Assembly (NCBI RefSeq): GCF_963506605.1
Contig: NC_083281.1
Span: forward strand, 44,268,001 to 44,332,000
Source of the DNA: Zootoca vivipara
Taxonomy: Eukaryota
Direction of reading: 5' to 3'
DNA length: 64,000 nucleotides
Part shown: positions 61,021 to 64,000 of the stretch, piece after piece
Numbering within the stretch: the first letter of the stretch is position 1
Layout of the letters: each line of letters opens with the position of its first letter
The notes under the pieces: model-generated
Databases searched by the model: none
Seen by the model: only the letters and a program-made list of their open reading frames with translations
What the model was told of the DNA's origin: nothing
Position numbers and translations under genes: made by a program

Positions 61021-62357
61021 TCTCACAGCACCAAAAGAACAGCTGCCCCGGCAACGGGAACCAACCTAGGCCTTGGACAAGCTCAAGAAGCAGAGATCTG
61101 CCGATGACCAATGAGGATGTGGAAATTGGGAGTATCTGAGGTGTGTGGCCCACATTTTGTGATTTTAGTAGGACTGAGGAGGCCTTGCTGAGCCAAAGAG
61201 TCACCCTGCGAGCAGAACACCCAGAGACAGACCTTTTTTGTGTTCCTAGTAAGAGCCATTCAACAGTGGAACAGACAACCTTGGAAGGCTGTTGACTCTT
61301 CTATATTGGAGGCTTTTTAATCAGAGCGTGGATGGCCATCTGTTAGGCTTTAATTAATTAATTTGTATATCACCCTTTATCCAAAGATCCCAGGATGGTC
61401 CACAACAGAAAAATACAAAATGAGAATACAAAATATGTAATTAAATGAAAACAACCAATAACTCCTCTCCCACAAAAACATTTAAAAAACCATAGAAAGT
61501 TAATCAGTCAAAGGCTTCATGGAAAAGAAATCTTTTCGCCTGGCACCTAAAGATATGTAATGAAGATGCCAGGAGAGCCTCCCTGAAGCTATGATTCGAT
61601 GACCCTTGGGATCCCTTCCAACGCTACAGTTCTATGATTCTAGTAGATGTCAAAAACACAAGTGGGAGTTAATGAAACAGCTCCCTGCACTTGTTGCTGC
61701 TGAGCCTCTTTGGGGCATTCAAAACACAGAGCAGCATTTACCCACACCACTACCAACTAACTGGCAGCGTGCAAAAAAGAAAGATTAAAAGCCCACAATT
61801 TTCCACCATAGCCTGGGCAGGGCTTTATCTCCTTCTCAAACTCTTGTCTCAGACTGTCGAGTTGAACTTGTCTTTCCTTAGCTTGAGCCTATTCCAAATG
61901 TTCTGTGCTGGGGAAGTCAGTGCCGGGCCTGATGGGGTTTCATTTCTCTGCACATGGGGCAGGGTTTAATTGGGGACAAGCACCTTTGCCCAGGCTTTTC
62001 TGGAAAGAAGGCCATTGCATTAGCTGTCTTTCCAAACTCTGAAAGACAGGTAATGCAATGCCCTTCTTTCTGGAGCAAGTGACATGATCAGAAAACGCTC
62101 CTTCTAGGAGAAACTGGGAGCTTGAAGGAGAAACGTGTAGGGCAAGGAGTAGTCACAACAACAGCTGCATCTCAAAGGAAAGGGGAATGGAAGCGATGGC
62201 AGAGGCTGCTCTAGGAAAGGCTTTAATAGCTGTTGAAAAACCAGGGAAACTGACTGGCTGGTATCTATAGGGTGGGTGGCAGTTCTGTCCTTCTGCTGCA
62301 CAGGTGGGACACTGAGGCCACCAGCGTCAATAGGAAGAACTTTCTGACATTAATAAC

Positions 62358-62777
62358 TGTCACAGGCGCGTGGGTGGCTACTCTAGAGTAACGACTCCTC
62401 CAGACATTGTCTTTTCATGCTTTTATTCAGTGCTGATTATTTACAGTGCAGAGCAGTACTATGTACATATTGTCAGTTAGGGATCAGAACCTCCGAATGG
62501 AGATTCGCGCGTTTTCCTCCAGCAAAGTAATCTAGGCATACTGAATCTCCGCCCCCATCGTTTCCTTCTCAGTTCCGGGGTCGGGGGGATCCGCCTTCTT
62601 CCCTTGCCTCCCACTTCCCTTCCCACACTGGGCATGGGCTCCGCTACCTTGCCAGAGCCTCGGTCACCACTTCCTGAGTCTCCGCTGGAAAGCTCTCCCT
62701 CTCCACTAGCACTAGCGCTGGGAGACGAGCTGCTGCTTAAGATGGGAGGGACCTTCCTGTAACTTCTGTCCCTCACA
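62358..62777 (-). mobile_element. Solo LTR, 420 bp
   Basis: TGT...ACA termini, perfect 5-bp TSD ATAAC (62353-62357, 62778-62782) and minus-strand AATAAA near 62422. Confidence 0.88.
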
Positions 62778-62878
62778 ATAACCATTCAACAATGGAAGAG
62801 ACAACCTCAGAAGGTGGTGGGCTCTCCTTTGCCGGAGGTTTTAAAGCAGAGGTTGGATGGCCACCTGGCAGGGATTCT

Positions 62879-63076
62879 AGTTACAGGTAGGTAGCCGTGT
62901 TGGTCTGACGTAGTCGAAACAAAATAAAAAAATTCCTTCCAGCAGCACCTTAGAGACCAATTAAGTTTGTCATTGGTATGAGCTTTAAGAATTGTGTATG
63001 CACACGAAAGCTCATACCAATGACACACTTAGTTGGTCTCTAAGGTGCTGCTGGAAGGAATTTTTTTATTTTGTTT
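62879..63076. mobile_element. Penelope-like insertion, inverted pair
   Basis: Two opposite pLTR pieces joined at GAGCTTT|AAGAATTGTG. Perfect 13-bp TSD TGGCAGGGATTCT (62866-62878, 63077-63089). Confidence 0.85.
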
Positions 63077-63129
63077 TGGCAGGGATTCTTTAGCTACGAT
63101 TCCTGGATAGTGCAGGGGTTGGACTAGAG

Positions 63130-64000
63130 CGGTGATGGCGAACCTATGACACGCGTGTCATCACTGACACGCACAGCCATTTTCACTGACATGCAGCGGG
63201 ATCAGGCCCGTCTTTAGGGCAAGCAGGGAGAGAAGCGGCCAGCCGGACCCAGCATGTCTGCGCTCCCTGCACGCCTCCGGAGAGCGGCCTGAAGCCGCTG
63301 AACAGCTGAGAGGTCAGGAGGACTTCTGGTTGAGGCGACATGGCAGACACCACGGCAGCAGGCAGCTCCTGAGGCCATCCAGAACCTACAGGGCTACCTG
63401 GCTGGTTCTGAGGCTGCTAGAACCGCCGCTACCGCCACTGCCACCGCCGCCAGCAACACCGACACCGGGTAGAGTCCGGGGGGGTGCCCGGAGCAAGCCG
63501 CAGCCCCCCCCAACTCGACTGGGCCGGATCCGGGAGCACCCGGCCACCTAGAATTCCGGGGCCGGGAAGGCCTCGGAGCCAGCGTAGAGGCAAGAGGGGA
63601 GGGGAGAGAGAGAAATCCCGGAAAACCCAGACCCCGTCGCTTCGCTCCCCCGCCTTCGCTGCCGCCAGCACTGCTGCTGGAGGGAGTGCGTCCGGCACGC
63701 TCACAGAGGGATCCGAAGCCCCCCTCCCCCAGCAAAGCAACAGAGCTCTCGAGGCCCCAGCCAGCACAAAAAAGGAACGGACTGAGACCCAGAGAGAGGC
63801 AGCGGGATGGAAGACTCCCCACAGGAGAAGAACACTGCCTGATATCATCCAAGGTCAGGAACTCTCTTTTTATTTTTATTTTATTTTTATTTTTCTATTT
63901 TTTCATTTTCATTTTTAATCTTTATTTTTATTTTTTATTATTTTTAGGCTCCCCCCACCCCCAGTATTTTTCATTTTTTCAGCTTGGAAAACAGAACAAA
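63130..64000 (+). mobile_element. OC1/Charlie-type hAT element, left end plus CpG-rich cargo (runs off the window)
   Basis: CGGTGATGGCGAACCTATGACACGCGTGTCA.CACTGACACGCA.AGCCATTTT matches the left end at 49287. Preceded by GACTAGAG. The right TIR is not in the window. Confidence 0.8.

Larger units (their letters stand above)
62330..63129 (+). mobile_element. CR1 3' fragment split by three insertions
   Basis: TAGGAAGAACTTTCTGACATTAATAAC | CATTCAACAATGG...GGAGGTTTTAAAGCAGAGGTTGGATGGCCACCTGGCAGGGATTCT | TTAGCTACGATTCCTG..GCAGGGGTTGGACTAGAG. Confidence 0.85.

Overview
This is vertebrate genomic DNA, almost certainly from a squamate and probably a lacertid lizard, judging by its Sauria SINEs, Squam3-like SINEs, CR1/L2/RTE LINEs and Penelope-like elements. 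It contains three assembly gaps. I recognise no known protein-coding gene, rRNA or true tRNA. The window reads as a large intron or intergenic region with dense transposon relics, separated by TAAT-rich, repeat-free blocks that may be conserved enhancers. The supplied ORFs are chance ORFs or LINE fragments. Main observations: (1) two OC1/Charlie-type hAT elements (49287-50277 and 63130 to window end) each carry a different CpG-rich cargo that starts with a homologous ETS+YY1 promoter-like motif, suggesting DNA transposons that carry promoters; (2) five short Penelope-like insertions, three with a complete minimal hammerhead ribozyme core and two with inversion junctions inside it; (3) a hAT element containing a ~250-bp palindrome with a solo LTR inserted at its centre; (4) CR1 3' ends hit repeatedly by other elements; (5) a candidate 4-5 exon minus-strand transcript at 7.6-9.4 kb that could encode a 72-aa Cys-rich peptide. 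Family names come from recalled consensus features and no database search was run.
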